A stretch of 48,944 bases of DNA from Planctomycetes bacterium GWC2_45_44 (GTDB lineage Bacteria; Planctomycetota; Phycisphaerae; Sedimentisphaerales; UBA12454). The notes under the pieces are model-generated. The model ran no database searches and was not told the DNA's origin. It saw only the letters and a program-made list of their open reading frames with translations. This document shows, piece by piece, positions 16,945 through 28,606 of this stretch (the stretch's first letter is position 1; each line of letters starts with the position of its first letter). Where the stretch lies: contig MHXU01000100.1 of the NCBI GenBank assembly GCA_001824555.1, positions 1 through 48,944 on the forward strand, read 5' to 3'. A program made the position numbers and the translations under genes.

Positions 16945-17169
16945 TTGGAAACGCCCGGCGACCAAAAGAATCGGCAACTGCCCTCCAAACTGCTTGGGGC
17001 GGGATTTGAGTTCGGCGGCGTGATTGCCGTGTTTTGTTATATCGGCTATAAATTAGACGAAGCCCGGCATACGAGTTTTCCTTATTTTCTGCTGGGCGGA
17101 TTTTTTTTGAGTTTTACCGGTATGCTGTATCTGCTGTTCAAAGAGACACGGGATGCGCGAAAGAAATAA
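16945..17169 (+). CDS. AtpZ/AtpI-like small membrane protein of the F-ATPase operon
   Basis: TTG start, two TM segments, GAGFEFGGVIAVFCYIGYKLD. Sits immediately 5' of atpB. Confidence 0.6.
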   Translation: METPGDQKNRQLPSKLLGAGFEFGGVIAVFCYIGYKLDEARHTSFPYFLLGGFFLSFTGMLYLLFKETRDARKK

Positions 17170-17182
17170 AAATCACAGGTAA

Positions 17183-18025
17183 GTGAATTTTTTTAGAAGA
17201 CAGGAAGTCTTGAGTTTTTTAAATTCATATAATAGCGTTCTATGCGAGTTTAATCCGCTTAAGCCGGTTTTGTCGGTGCCGCTGTTCGAGTTTTCCATCG
17301 GCGGCCACCGGATAATCGTCAGCAATCATATGTTTTCGATAACTCTGGCAATGGTACTGCTGCTGGCGTTGTTTCTGCTGTCAGCAAGACGAAAAACCGG
17401 ACTCATACCCAAAGGTTTTCAAAATCTTATCGAGCTGATTTGTGTGTATTTGCGCGACCAGATGGCCAGGCCGATTTTGGGCGAGAACACAGACAAATTT
17501 ATAGGGTTTATCTGGACGCTGTTTTTCTTTATATTAAGTCTGAATCTGCTCGGTATGATACCTACCGAAATGATTATACACCTGACGACCGGCAAAGAAA
17601 ACCATTTCGGTGGCCCCGCCACGGCTAATATCTGGATTACGGGCAGCTTAGCTATGATTTCTTTTTTTGTGATTCACGCGGCGGGCATAAAACAGCAGGG
17701 ATTGCGGCATTATATAGTAAATTTCGCACCCAAAGTGCCGTTACTTATGATACTTCCCATATATGCGCTTGAAATTATAAGCGCGTTTGTAAGACCTGTC
17801 GCGCTGGCTATACGTCTTTTTGCCAATATTTTTGCCGGCCACGCGCTGATAGCAACGCTTTTGGGACTGATAATTATTTTTAAAAATTACGGCGTGGCTG
17901 CCGCTTCAATAACGGTAATAGTGCTAATGTCTTTTCTCGAAATTTTTGTAGCGTTTTTGCAGGCGTATATTTTTGCGTTTCTAACGACTTTATTCGTGAG
18001 TTTCTCGGTATCGCCTGAACATTAA
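17183..18025 (+). CDS. atpB: F0F1 ATP synthase subunit a
   Basis: LAIRLFANIFAGH conserved-Arg helix. GTG start taken from the track; the exact start is uncertain. Confidence 0.9.
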   Translation: MNFFRRQEVLSFLNSYNSVLCEFNPLKPVLSVPLFEFSIGGHRIIVSNHMFSITLAMVLLLALFLLSARRKTGLIPKGFQNLIELICVYLRDQMARPILGENTDKFIGFIWTLFFFILSLNLLGMIPTEMIIHLTTGKENHFGGPATANIWITGSLAMISFFVIHAAGIKQQGLRHYIVNFAPKVPLLMILPIYALEIISAFVRPVALAIRLFANIFAGHALIATLLGLIIIFKNYGVAAASITVIVLMSFLEIFVAFLQAYIFAFLTTLFVSFSVSPEH

Positions 18026-18065
18026 ATAAAAATTTAGTAAATTTTATTTTTGGAGATTTGATTTT

Positions 18066-18335
18066 ATGGAAGGTTTAACAGGTATGACACTGGCGTTGGC
18101 AGGCGGCACAAACGGCATGGCAATTCTTGGAGCGGCAATCGGCTGCGGTATGATTATTATCGGCGCGGGTTTCGGCATCGGCATAATCGGCGGCAAGGCT
18201 CTGGAATCGCAGGCAAGACAGCCGGAGAACAGCGGACGACTGTTTTCAACGATGATTATCGCGGCAGCGTTAATCGAAGGCGTTACGTTTTTCGCGTTGT
18301 TAGTCTGCTTTCTGGCAGTTTTCTGGTCAAAATAA
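18066..18335 (+). CDS. atpE: F0F1 ATP synthase subunit c
   Basis: Gly-rich helical hairpin, polar loop RQPE, carboxylate in AALIEGVTFF. Confidence 0.9.
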   Translation: MEGLTGMTLALAGGTNGMAILGAAIGCGMIIIGAGFGIGIIGGKALESQARQPENSGRLFSTMIIAAALIEGVTFFALLVCFLAVFWSK

Positions 18336-18348
18336 AAGAGTCCTAATT

Positions 18349-18933
18349 ATGAACAAAAAAATAACGGCAGGCCTAACAATCCTTTTTGCCGCGGCGGTGG
18401 CGTTTGGTTCGGAAGAATCATCGGGCGCAGCCGGGCAGCAGAGCATTTTTGACGGCTCAATGGCAGAGGCTATATGGGCGGTAATCGCGTTTTTAGTTTT
18501 GCTGATTGTCCTGGGCAAAATAGCGTGGAAGCCATTGCTGAAAACTCTCCAGGCGAGAGAGGATACGATAAGACAGCAGTTGGCCGCGGCTGAAACCGCC
18601 CGGCTGAAGGCTGAAAAGCTGTTCAACGAGTACAAACAGCAGGGAATAGAACTTATCGAGAAAGCGGTAAGCCGAGCAACGCAGATAGAAAAAGACAGCA
18701 TAGAAAAGGCCGGCAGGGAAGCCATAATAATGAAGGAACACGCCATAGTCGAGATTAACGCGGCTAAGGACGCAGCCTCACAGCAATTATGGCAGCAGGT
18801 CGGCGATATGGTTCTTGCGCTCGGTCAGGAAGTAATCGGCCGGTCGATTACGACAGACGACAACAAAAGGCTTATCGGCGAAGCGACCGCGAAACTTCGT
18901 TCGGAAAAATCAACAGTGGAATCGTCGCAATGA
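18349..18933 (+). CDS. atpF: F0F1 ATP synthase subunit b
   Basis: N-terminal TM followed by a long charged helix. Operon position. Confidence 0.85.
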   Translation: MNKKITAGLTILFAAAVAFGSEESSGAAGQQSIFDGSMAEAIWAVIAFLVLLIVLGKIAWKPLLKTLQAREDTIRQQLAAAETARLKAEKLFNEYKQQGIELIEKAVSRATQIEKDSIEKAGREAIIMKEHAIVEINAAKDAASQQLWQQVGDMVLALGQEVIGRSITTDDNKRLIGEATAKLRSEKSTVESSQ

Positions 18934-19493
18934 GTATGTCCGACACATCCAGTCGAATAGCAGATGTCTATTCTCAAACGCTTTTTGAACTTGCCGTCGA
19001 GCAGGAGGCAATTGAAGCGGTTAAGGACAGTATGGACGCAATCGACGAGCTGCTCAAGTCCGATGAATCTTTTATGGGCTTTATGACATCGCCTTATTTT
19101 ACATCGGAACAAAAACTCGCGCTTGCGGAGAGAATTTTCGCCGGCAGGCTCGATGAATTAACGCTTAATTTTCTGTCGGCGGCGATAGCGCATCACAGGG
19201 CAGAGTTTTTGCCGAATATTATAGCTGAATACGGCAGGCTGTACCGCAGGCATCATAAATATCTCGATGTTCGCGTAACGGTTTCGCAGCCGATGGAGTG
19301 GGACGCGATAGAAGCCCTTAAAATCGCAATCATTAAACTGTCGTCCGGCGGCAGAATAACATTAGAAACAGAAGTGAACCCGTCAATAATCGGCGGAGTG
19401 ATTATCCGCTGCAACGATACAGTTATCGACAATTCCGTCAAGAAACGGCTGCGTTCTGCCGTTGAGACAATAATGTCAGGAAAAAGTCTATGA
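18930..19493 (+). CDS. atpH: F0F1 ATP synthase subunit delta (OSCP)
   Basis: ATGA overlap with the atpF stop. [22 protein letters not shown]... and [22 protein letters not shown] at the C-terminus. The track ORF start 18789 is an upstream over-extension. Confidence 0.85.
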   Translation: MSMSDTSSRIADVYSQTLFELAVEQEAIEAVKDSMDAIDELLKSDESFMGFMTSPYFTSEQKLALAERIFAGRLDELTLNFLSAAIAHHRAEFLPNIIAEYGRLYRRHHKYLDVRVTVSQPMEWDAIEALKIAIIKLSSGGRITLETEVNPSIIGGVIIRCNDTVIDNSVKKRLRSAVETIMSGKSL

Positions 19494-21001
19494 AACTCGA
19501 TATAACCGAAATAGGCAGCATTCTAAAAGAAGAAATCAGCAAATATAAAAACAAGCTCGATATATCCAGCGTCGGCAGAGTAGTTGAAATCGGCGACGGC
19601 ATTGCGCGAATTTACGGACTGCAATGCGCGATGGCGGGCGAAATGCTGCTGTTTGAAAACGACATTCGAGGCGAGGTGTTCAACCTTGAGGAAGGCTCGA
19701 TAGGAGCTGTTATCTACGGCGACTACACGAAAGTCAAAGAAGGCTCGGACGTTCGGGCGACCGGCAAACTGCTGTCGATTCCCGTCGGATACGAACTTTT
19801 AGGCAGAACCGTTAATCCACTTTGCGAGCCGTTGGACGGCGGAGCGGCGATAAAGACCGTTATGAGCAGATTAGTGGAATTCGACGCTCCTGGCATAGCG
19901 CAGCGTCAGCCTGTAAAAAAACCGCTGCAAACCGGAATCAAAAGCATAGACGCGATGATACCTATCGGACGCGGACAGCGAGAATTGATAATCGGCGACC
20001 GCAAGACCGGCAAAACCGCCATAGCGATAGACACAATTATAAACCAGCGGGACAAAAACGTGGTCTGCATTTATGTAGCCATCGGGCAGAAGGAATCTAC
20101 GGTAGCCGAGGTAGTTGAAATACTGCGAAAAAACGGAGCGATGGAATATACGACTGTTATCGTCGCATCGGCGGCCAACAGCGCATCTATGCAGTATATC
20201 GCGCCTTATTCGGGGTGCGCTCTTGCGGAGTATTTTATGTACGAACATCACCGCGACGTACTTTGTATTTATGACGATTTGAGCAAGCACGCGGTAGCGT
20301 ATCGCCAGTTGAGTCTGCTTCTTCGCAGGCCGCCTGGCAGAGAGGCTTATCCGGGCGATATTTTTTATCTGCACAGCAGATTGTTAGAAAGAAGCGCGAA
20401 TCTGTCCGACAAACTCGGAGGCGGCTCGATTACCGCCCTGCCGATTGTCGAAACGCTCGAGGAGCAGGTCTCGGCATATATTCCAACCAACGTGATTTCA
20501 ATCACGGACGGACAGATATATCTTAAGCGAGATTTGTTTTTGTCCGGCATAAGGCCTGCGGTCGATGTCGGCACAAGCGTGAGCAGAGTCGGCGGCGACG
20601 CGCAGACTGCGGCGATGAAAAAAGTCGCGGCCAAATTGAGGCTCGACCTGGCATCGTATAACGAACTGCTGAATTTCGCCCGGCTCGGCACGGAACTGGA
20701 TTCTGCATCGCAGGCGAAGCTCGACCGCGGCAGCAGAATGGTTGAATTGCTCAAGCAGCCGCAGTTTTCGCCGGTAAGCGTCGGCGAAGAAGTAATTACT
20801 ATTTTGGTGGGCTTAAGCGGGCTTTTGGACGATGTTCCGGTCGCGTCGGTGGCGAAACTTGTAGCGTCGTTTATGAGCAGATTGGCCGGCGAACACCGCG
20901 AGTATATCGACGAAATAAACAATACTCAAAAATTGACAGACGAACTTTCAGACAAAATAATGGATGCGGCGAAGGAATTTAAAGAATTGAATAAAAGCTG
21001 A
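19490..21001 (+). CDS. atpA: F0F1 ATP synthase subunit alpha
   Basis: Walker A GDRKTGKT, 503 aa, ATGA overlap with atpH. Confidence 0.97.
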   Translation: MKLDITEIGSILKEEISKYKNKLDISSVGRVVEIGDGIARIYGLQCAMAGEMLLFENDIRGEVFNLEEGSIGAVIYGDYTKVKEGSDVRATGKLLSIPVGYELLGRTVNPLCEPLDGGAAIKTVMSRLVEFDAPGIAQRQPVKKPLQTGIKSIDAMIPIGRGQRELIIGDRKTGKTAIAIDTIINQRDKNVVCIYVAIGQKESTVAEVVEILRKNGAMEYTTVIVASAANSASMQYIAPYSGCALAEYFMYEHHRDVLCIYDDLSKHAVAYRQLSLLLRRPPGREAYPGDIFYLHSRLLERSANLSDKLGGGSITALPIVETLEEQVSAYIPTNVISITDGQIYLKRDLFLSGIRPAVDVGTSVSRVGGDAQTAAMKKVAAKLRLDLASYNELLNFARLGTELDSASQAKLDRGSRMVELLKQPQFSPVSVGEEVITILVGLSGLLDDVPVASVAKLVASFMSRLAGEHREYIDEINNTQKLTDELSDKIMDAAKEFKELNKS

Positions 21002-21170
21002 AAACTTAAAATTTAAAGTGTAAAACCAAAATTCAAAACTTTAAATTGCTCACATCGCATAGTTTCGCCAGTGTGCTGAATAATTTTGGGTTTTAAGCTG
21101 TGGTTTTGAGCTTTCAGTTTTAGCTTTTAAGTTAGCATTGTTGCTATTTTGAATTACAGGTAAAAAAATA
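21002..21170. repeat. 170-bp A/T-word repeat insert splitting atpA from atpG
   Basis: aaaacttaaaatttaaagtgtaaaaccaaaattcaaaac on the left and gttttgagctttcagttttagcttttaagtt on the right form an imperfect long inverted repeat. Same word style as 10090-10136, 26537-26562 and 27229-27283. Confidence 0.6.
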
Positions 21171-23488
<2,318 letters not shown>

Positions 23489-23492
23489 TACT

Positions 23493-23933
23493 ATGGCAGA
23501 AACACATAATATTTTCAGATGCGTGATTGTTTCGCCGGCGGGCAAACTGCTCGACTGCCGAGCGAGTTCGGTCGTGTTCACCGCTCGCGACGGCAGTATG
23601 GGCGTTTTGCATAATCATACGCCGATGCTGTGCGAGCTGGGAACGGGATTTATGGAAATCACCGCCGAGCCGGAAAACGGGAATGCGAATGGCAACGGCA
23701 GCGGCCATAAGAAAGCCCTCATTGCCGGCGGATTCGCCCTGGTTAGCTCAAATTTAGTGAACATCATAGCCGACGACGCTGTCTGCGTTTGGAATACAAG
23801 CAGGGAAAAAATCGAACTGCTTTTGGAAAAATCGAAAAAAATAATCGACACCGCCGGTCTTACCTCGCATCAGAAATGGCTTGAGAATAAAAAAATGACG
23901 CTTCTGAAAGAAATGCTGGCAACTGCAAAGTAG
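23493..23933 (+). CDS. atpC: F0F1 ATP synthase subunit epsilon
   Basis: The ATG at 23493 (MAETHNIFRCVIVSP...) fits the epsilon beta-sandwich. The track start 23445 overlaps atpD. Confidence 0.85.
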   Translation: MAETHNIFRCVIVSPAGKLLDCRASSVVFTARDGSMGVLHNHTPMLCELGTGFMEITAEPENGNANGNGSGHKKALIAGGFALVSSNLVNIIADDAVCVWNTSREKIELLLEKSKKIIDTAGLTSHQKWLENKKMTLLKEMLATAK

Positions 23934-24094
23934 CGACAAGGCACTATACACCCTCCAAAAAACCGCATTTATTGCCCCACAAATAAGCAAAGACACAATT
24001 TTTTATAGCCGGCGGCATAAAATCTGTAATAATATCGCCTGTCAGTCCGACTAATACTGTAAAGAGACGGCCGTTTTTTGGAGTTTGGTAAAAA

Positions 24095-24595
24095 TTGATA
24101 GACTGGAATGCTATTCTTGGCGAACACAGCCGGGCTGTATGGAATACGGCCTATCGACTGCTCGGCAACGATGCGGACGCTTCGGACTGCTTTCAGGAAG
24201 CCTTTGCCGGTGCGCTTGCGTTCTCTAAAAAACAGAATATAAAAAACTTCAGAGCATTACTGTTAAGGCTGACTACCTGCAGAGCGATGGACGTTCTGCG
24301 TCAGAGGCGCAGAAAAATAACGCCGATATCGTTTGAACGGATGCCGGACGCGGAGATACAGACAACGGACAATCCCGTGTCGTCCGCTCAAAACAAAGAG
24401 CTTGCAGAATCGCTGCTCGACGGCTTTTCCAAACTTGAGCCTGTGGAAGCGGAAATATTCTGCCTGAAGCACCTTGATAATTTGAGCATCGCGGAAATCG
24501 CGCAGGCGGTCGGGCTGAAAGAAAATCATATAGGCGTGATTATTCACAGGGCAAAAAATAAACTGAAAGCATTATTGCAAAACACTCAAATATAA
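24095..24595 (+). CDS. ECF-type RNA polymerase sigma factor
   Basis: Region 2 (AYRLLGNDADASDCFQEAF) and region 4 HTH (LSIAEIAQAVGLKENHIGVIIHRAKNKL). TTG start. Confidence 0.85.
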   Translation: MIDWNAILGEHSRAVWNTAYRLLGNDADASDCFQEAFAGALAFSKKQNIKNFRALLLRLTTCRAMDVLRQRRRKITPISFERMPDAEIQTTDNPVSSAQNKELAESLLDGFSKLEPVEAEIFCLKHLDNLSIAEIAQAVGLKENHIGVIIHRAKNKLKALLQNTQI

Positions 24596-24612
24596 TCAGG
24601 ACGCGGATTAAA

Positions 24613-25389
24613 ATGGAAAATAATGATAACGACATTCTGAATCGGGCTGTGGATGAATTAAAAAATCGCACGGTTAATCGCGATGTACCCGATGACGTTC
24701 TTAAAAAGACCGCCTCGCTGCTGAAAGCCTCGCAAACACAGGAAACTTCTATGTTTAGGCGGCTTTTTCAGCCATCGCTGGCGGCTGCAATAGTTTTAAT
24801 AGCGGCATCGGCGGCGATATATTTTGTTCTGGAAAAATTCGATGCAGGCTCTGTCGCCTGGGCGGAAGTTAAAAATTGCCTCCAGCAAATAAACTTTGCC
24901 CACTGTTACAGCGCCCAGGAGAGCGATACCGAAGCGTGGTATATCGACGGCGTAATTTATTTCAGAGATAACGACAGAATTACAAAAGACGACGGCAAGG
25001 CGAAATTTACTTACGACCTTTCGGGCAATCTTCTGCACGAGAAAGCCTCTGATATAGGCGATACGATTATCCACGAAGGCACGGCTCTTTTCGACATTGT
25101 AACACAGGGAGTATTTGAATACGACAGCAACGATATTCTCCGCAAAGCTCCTGTTTATGTAAGCGAAGACCTGCTGATATATAAATTCGATGCGCCAAAA
25201 TCAATGCGGGACTGGGCAAGCGGCCTGACAATAACCGCTGGACGACAATCAAAACTTCCGGTTTATATAAAAATTGCCTCTAAAAATCCATCTCGGCGTG
25301 CGGATATTTATATCTTCGACTACGAGCCGCAGGAACTGCCGGACGCGATAAAACAGATTTCAGCAAAACAGCCGGAGAACATCAAATAA
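24613..25389 (+). CDS. single-pass membrane protein, putative cognate anti-sigma factor
   Basis: Starts 18 nt after the sigma gene. Short cytoplasmic N-terminus, one TM (AAAIVLIAASAAIYFVL) and a ~180-aa external domain. No HxxxCxxC zinc motif seen. Confidence 0.4.
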   Translation: MENNDNDILNRAVDELKNRTVNRDVPDDVLKKTASLLKASQTQETSMFRRLFQPSLAAAIVLIAASAAIYFVLEKFDAGSVAWAEVKNCLQQINFAHCYSAQESDTEAWYIDGVIYFRDNDRITKDDGKAKFTYDLSGNLLHEKASDIGDTIIHEGTALFDIVTQGVFEYDSNDILRKAPVYVSEDLLIYKFDAPKSMRDWASGLTITAGRQSKLPVYIKIASKNPSRRADIYIFDYEPQELPDAIKQISAKQPENIK

Positions 25390-25421
25390 CAAACGATTAG
25401 CCAATTTTATATGGAGATACT

Positions 25422-26198
25422 ATGCGCACAGACAATACGAAAAACGCCTTCACGCTTGTTGAACTTTTGGTGGTAATTTCAATTATCGCGCTTCTGCTTG
25501 GAATACTTCTGCCGACGCTGGGAGCGGCCAGAGGGGTGGCACAGCGAACAATCTGCGCGTTTAATATTCGCAACTGCTCGGCAGCGTTCAGTCTTTACGC
25601 GCACGATTACAATGGCTTTCTTCCGCTTGGAAATATCTGGGGCAGGGAGGATAAACCCGAAGGCTGGCTGGATATAAATTATGATACCGCCGTGACAATA
25701 CACACTAAATACGGAATTGAAGAAATCAGCGCGATGTGTACATCGTGGTATTTTGAGAAGGATAAGTATTTTCAGGAACCGCCATCTGCGAACGACGGCA
25801 ACTTCAAACTTGGCGGTATGCGAATCGGATACATATATTACGGCAGACGCTTCGACCAGGCAGGCGATACCTACAGCCCGATGCTGCCGGATGGCTCCGT
25901 TTATAAATCTCCGCGTAAATTAGAAAACTGCACAAAAAATTCGGTAACATCGCAAACTTTGTTCACCTGTTCTCACTGGGACAGCACAAGCGCAGGCGGA
26001 GCGTGGGGCGCAAAATTTCCGCATACAGGCAGCGGCAGAGGCGTGTATTATCAAGCTGGCGTAAAAGAATTTAATCCGCGTCCAAAAGGCCTTGTAACGG
26101 GATATACCGATTGCTCGGCTGAATGGGTCAAATGGAAAAATCTCAAATGGTTCCAGCAGGCCGGCAGCATCAGAATTTACTACAGCCCAAGAATGTAG
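25422..26198 (+). CDS. prepilin-type N-terminal cleavage/methylation domain protein (DUF1559-like)
   Basis: AFTLVELLVVISIIALLLGILLP methylation motif near the N-terminus. Confidence 0.8.
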   Translation: MRTDNTKNAFTLVELLVVISIIALLLGILLPTLGAARGVAQRTICAFNIRNCSAAFSLYAHDYNGFLPLGNIWGREDKPEGWLDINYDTAVTIHTKYGIEEISAMCTSWYFEKDKYFQEPPSANDGNFKLGGMRIGYIYYGRRFDQAGDTYSPMLPDGSVYKSPRKLENCTKNSVTSQTLFTCSHWDSTSAGGAWGAKFPHTGSGRGVYYQAGVKEFNPRPKGLVTGYTDCSAEWVKWKNLKWFQQAGSIRIYYSPRM

Positions 26199-26562
26199 GA
26201 GACCTCTAAAAACACACCTTGTCATTCTGAACGTAGTGAAGAATCTTCTTCTGTCATTGCGAGGCCGCTTCAGCCGTGGCAATCTTGTTTAGTTGTAGGG
26301 TGGGCTCGCCTGCCCTGAGCTTGTCGAAGGGTCAGCCCACGCTGTTTTTTTGTCATTCCCGCGCAGGCGGGAATCTATCCCTTTATTCTGCCCTGTGCGA
26401 AAACTGTCATTTCGACAACAACAGAGCCGCGACAGTAATGGAGCGGTCAATTAAAATCATATCGGCGACCTGTCTTGTCGTAGTTTTAACGAAGATAGAA
26501 GCACAGCGAAGACCCAAGGCGATTCCACAATTTTGATATTTAATCTTTGATTTTTGATTTTA
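26199..26562. repeat. hairpin-module array
   Basis: Modules at 26221-26245, 26253-26285, 26294-26346 (nested), 26352-26375, 26406-26452 and 26453-26528 (nested), then A/T words at 26537-26562. Confidence 0.85.
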
Positions 26563-27069
26563 TTATGCAAACGCCGCGATTAGGAAAACAATCCAGATAA
26601 TAACGCCCACGATAAATTTTGCGCCAGTTCCGAGTAATTGGCCAACGCCTGCTCCGGTTGCGGTTTTCAGAGATTGGTTAAGTTCCTTGCCTGACCTTTT
26701 TTCGACTATTAACGCCGCCCCGCCTGCGCCGAGGGCCGCTCCGAGAAGCGTGCCGAAAATGGGGATTGGGATTATTACCGTTCCTGCGATTGCGCCGATT
26801 ATCGCGCCGCCGATTGCCGCAAACATTGCTTTTTTGCCGCCGCCTGCCGCTTTTGCTCCGCCTGCGCCGGAGACAAACTCAATAATTTCGCCGATAATCG
26901 CAAGAACGATTGCCGCGATTATGGTATAGACGCCGAATACGCCCTTTTGCCAAATGGCAAAGAAAACAACCGTAATAATCATCAGCCAATTGCCTGGCAG
27001 AATAAAAAAATTCAGCCCAAGCCAAACGGCATTGACGATTGTAAGCAGTGTAAGCCAGAAATAAATCAT
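26563..27069 (-). CDS. DUF456-like small integral membrane protein
   Basis: 168 aa, four hydrophobic Gly/Ala-rich segments, LPGNWLM near the N-terminus. Family assignment is from memory only. Confidence 0.5.
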   Translation of the reverse strand: MIYFWLTLLTIVNAVWLGLNFFILPGNWLMIITVVFFAIWQKGVFGVYTIIAAIVLAIIGEIIEFVSGAGGAKAAGGGKKAMFAAIGGAIIGAIAGTVIIPIPIFGTLLGAALGAGGAALIVEKRSGKELNQSLKTATGAGVGQLLGTGAKFIVGVIIWIVFLIAAFA

Positions 27070-27777
27070 AAGTTCATTCTAAACGCTTTTGCTCGCCCTC
27101 TCAATAACTAAATCAGACATATATATTCAGCGCTTAGCCCTGCCATCTTGTATGGCAGGGTTCATAAAATCTCATCGCCGTAGGCGATTCCTTTGTCATT
27201 GCGAGCGCAGCGCGGCAATCTCACTGTAAAATCAAACATCAAATATAAAAAATAAAAATGACATATTAAAAATCAAAAATACCCACCCCTCTGCTTAACT
27301 GGCGGCCACTGTCATTCCCGCGACCTGTCACGGCGTAGCGTAGCGAAGACGGAAGGCGGGAATCCACACTTTTCTCACTTTCCCACCTTTCATACTTTTC
27401 ACACCTTTTTTTGTCATTTCGACAACAACAGAGCCGCGACAGCTTGTCCCGCCATAGCCTTTGGCGACGGCGGATGATGGAGCGGTAATTTTTAGGTTAG
27501 CCCCACCATCACTATGGTGGGGTTCTTAAAATCTCATCGGCCGCCTGTCTCGGCGACCTGTCTTGTCGTAGTTGGTTTCTGCGTAGCCTTGTGCGAAGCA
27601 GAATAACGAAGACATAAGCGCAGACGAAGACGGATTCGGCGGGTTTTTGCCTTATATCCTTACGTCCTTTTACTGATAACTGCTTTTCTGCCACAGAGAA
27701 CACAGAGTTCACAGAGAAAACAAAACCATCAAGGCCGTTCACACTGTTTAATGAACAGACCCAACGCGAATGTTTTT
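27070..27777. repeat. hairpin-module array flanking the FRG/MTase cassette
   Basis: Modules at 27134-27162, 27164-27192, 27195-27222, 27311-27365 (nested), 27413-27490 (nested), 27497-27524 and 27527-27643 (multiply nested), plus a cacagag x3 array at 27691-27721. Confidence 0.85.
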
Positions 27778-28587
27778 TTAACAGCACTGCTGCCCCTGTT
27801 TATTTCTGATGTTAAAGCCTACGATGTCAGCACCAGGATAGTCGAGACTCTTTGAATGGATATTCATAGTGCGCAATCGATTGAGAATTTCCTGCTTCCA
27901 TGAAGCAGGTACAATGATGCTCCCATATTGCCCTTCGCCAAGGCAATCTGCAATCAATTCGCTATGTTCAGCTCCAAGGCGACCCGCAACAGTAAAGAAT
28001 CCTTGCTGCATTTTAATCCTATTAAATGGTACTACGCAATGGAGTTTTGTAATCCATGCGGGACCATCGTTGTTGAAAGCAGTGTCATTCAGGTTGACCT
28101 CGTCATTTGAGGCGGTGTACTGCTTGAGTCCGTAGCCGTGCCATCTGCGACCGACCTTATGCTCAAACGCGTTTTGGTCAAACCACCGGACGGCACCATC
28201 CTTGTCGTGTTCGTAGATCGAAGCGAAATAGAGCGCAACCCATCGTGAATGAGTCCAGTCCAGCAATCGCGTGGGGGTACCATAGTGCTGGAGAATCGGG
28301 AGTGCCTTGATACGATCTTGGGGCATTGGCCCCTGCAAATACCCTTTCTCGGTGCTATCGCAGAACTCTTCGGCGAGGCGACAGAACTTGACGATTATGG
28401 CGGCTTCTTCGGCAAGACGGGCTTCATAGGCCATATCACGGGGAAGTATCCGGTCCAATGAAGAAAGGAGAGGCCGTGAGATGTCCGGCTGGCCTCGATA
28501 TGCAACAAGTTCATCCGGTTTGGCGTGTATCACGAACGACTGCCACAGGTCATCGACAGTAGCAAATCTCTTGTCTTGCCAAGCCAT
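27778..28587 (-). CDS. FRG-domain protein
   Basis: VAYRGQPD (the FRG-type motif) and LQHYGTPTRLLDWTHS, both typical of the FRG domain. Lies 19 nt downstream of the MTase gene on the same strand. Confidence 0.7.
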   Translation of the reverse strand: MAWQDKRFATVDDLWQSFVIHAKPDELVAYRGQPDISRPLLSSLDRILPRDMAYEARLAEEAAIIVKFCRLAEEFCDSTEKGYLQGPMPQDRIKALPILQHYGTPTRLLDWTHSRWVALYFASIYEHDKDGAVRWFDQNAFEHKVGRRWHGYGLKQYTASNDEVNLNDTAFNNDGPAWITKLHCVVPFNRIKMQQGFFTVAGRLGAEHSELIADCLGEGQYGSIIVPASWKQEILNRLRTMNIHSKSLDYPGADIVGFNIRNKQGQQCC

Positions 28588-28606
28588 TTGGGATCTCTCA
28601 TTAAAT

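Noticed and set aside
18066-18335. Possible Na+-specific c subunit.
   Set aside because: The residue after the carboxylate is Gly (IEGV), not Ser/Thr, and no Gln in helix 1 aligns with a Na+ site. The subunit looks like an ordinary H+ type.
23661-23711. Asn/Gly-rich insertion (AEPENGNANGNGSGHKK) in the ATP synthase epsilon subunit.
   Set aside because: It is probably a low-complexity loop between beta strands, and there is no evidence of functional significance from sequence alone.
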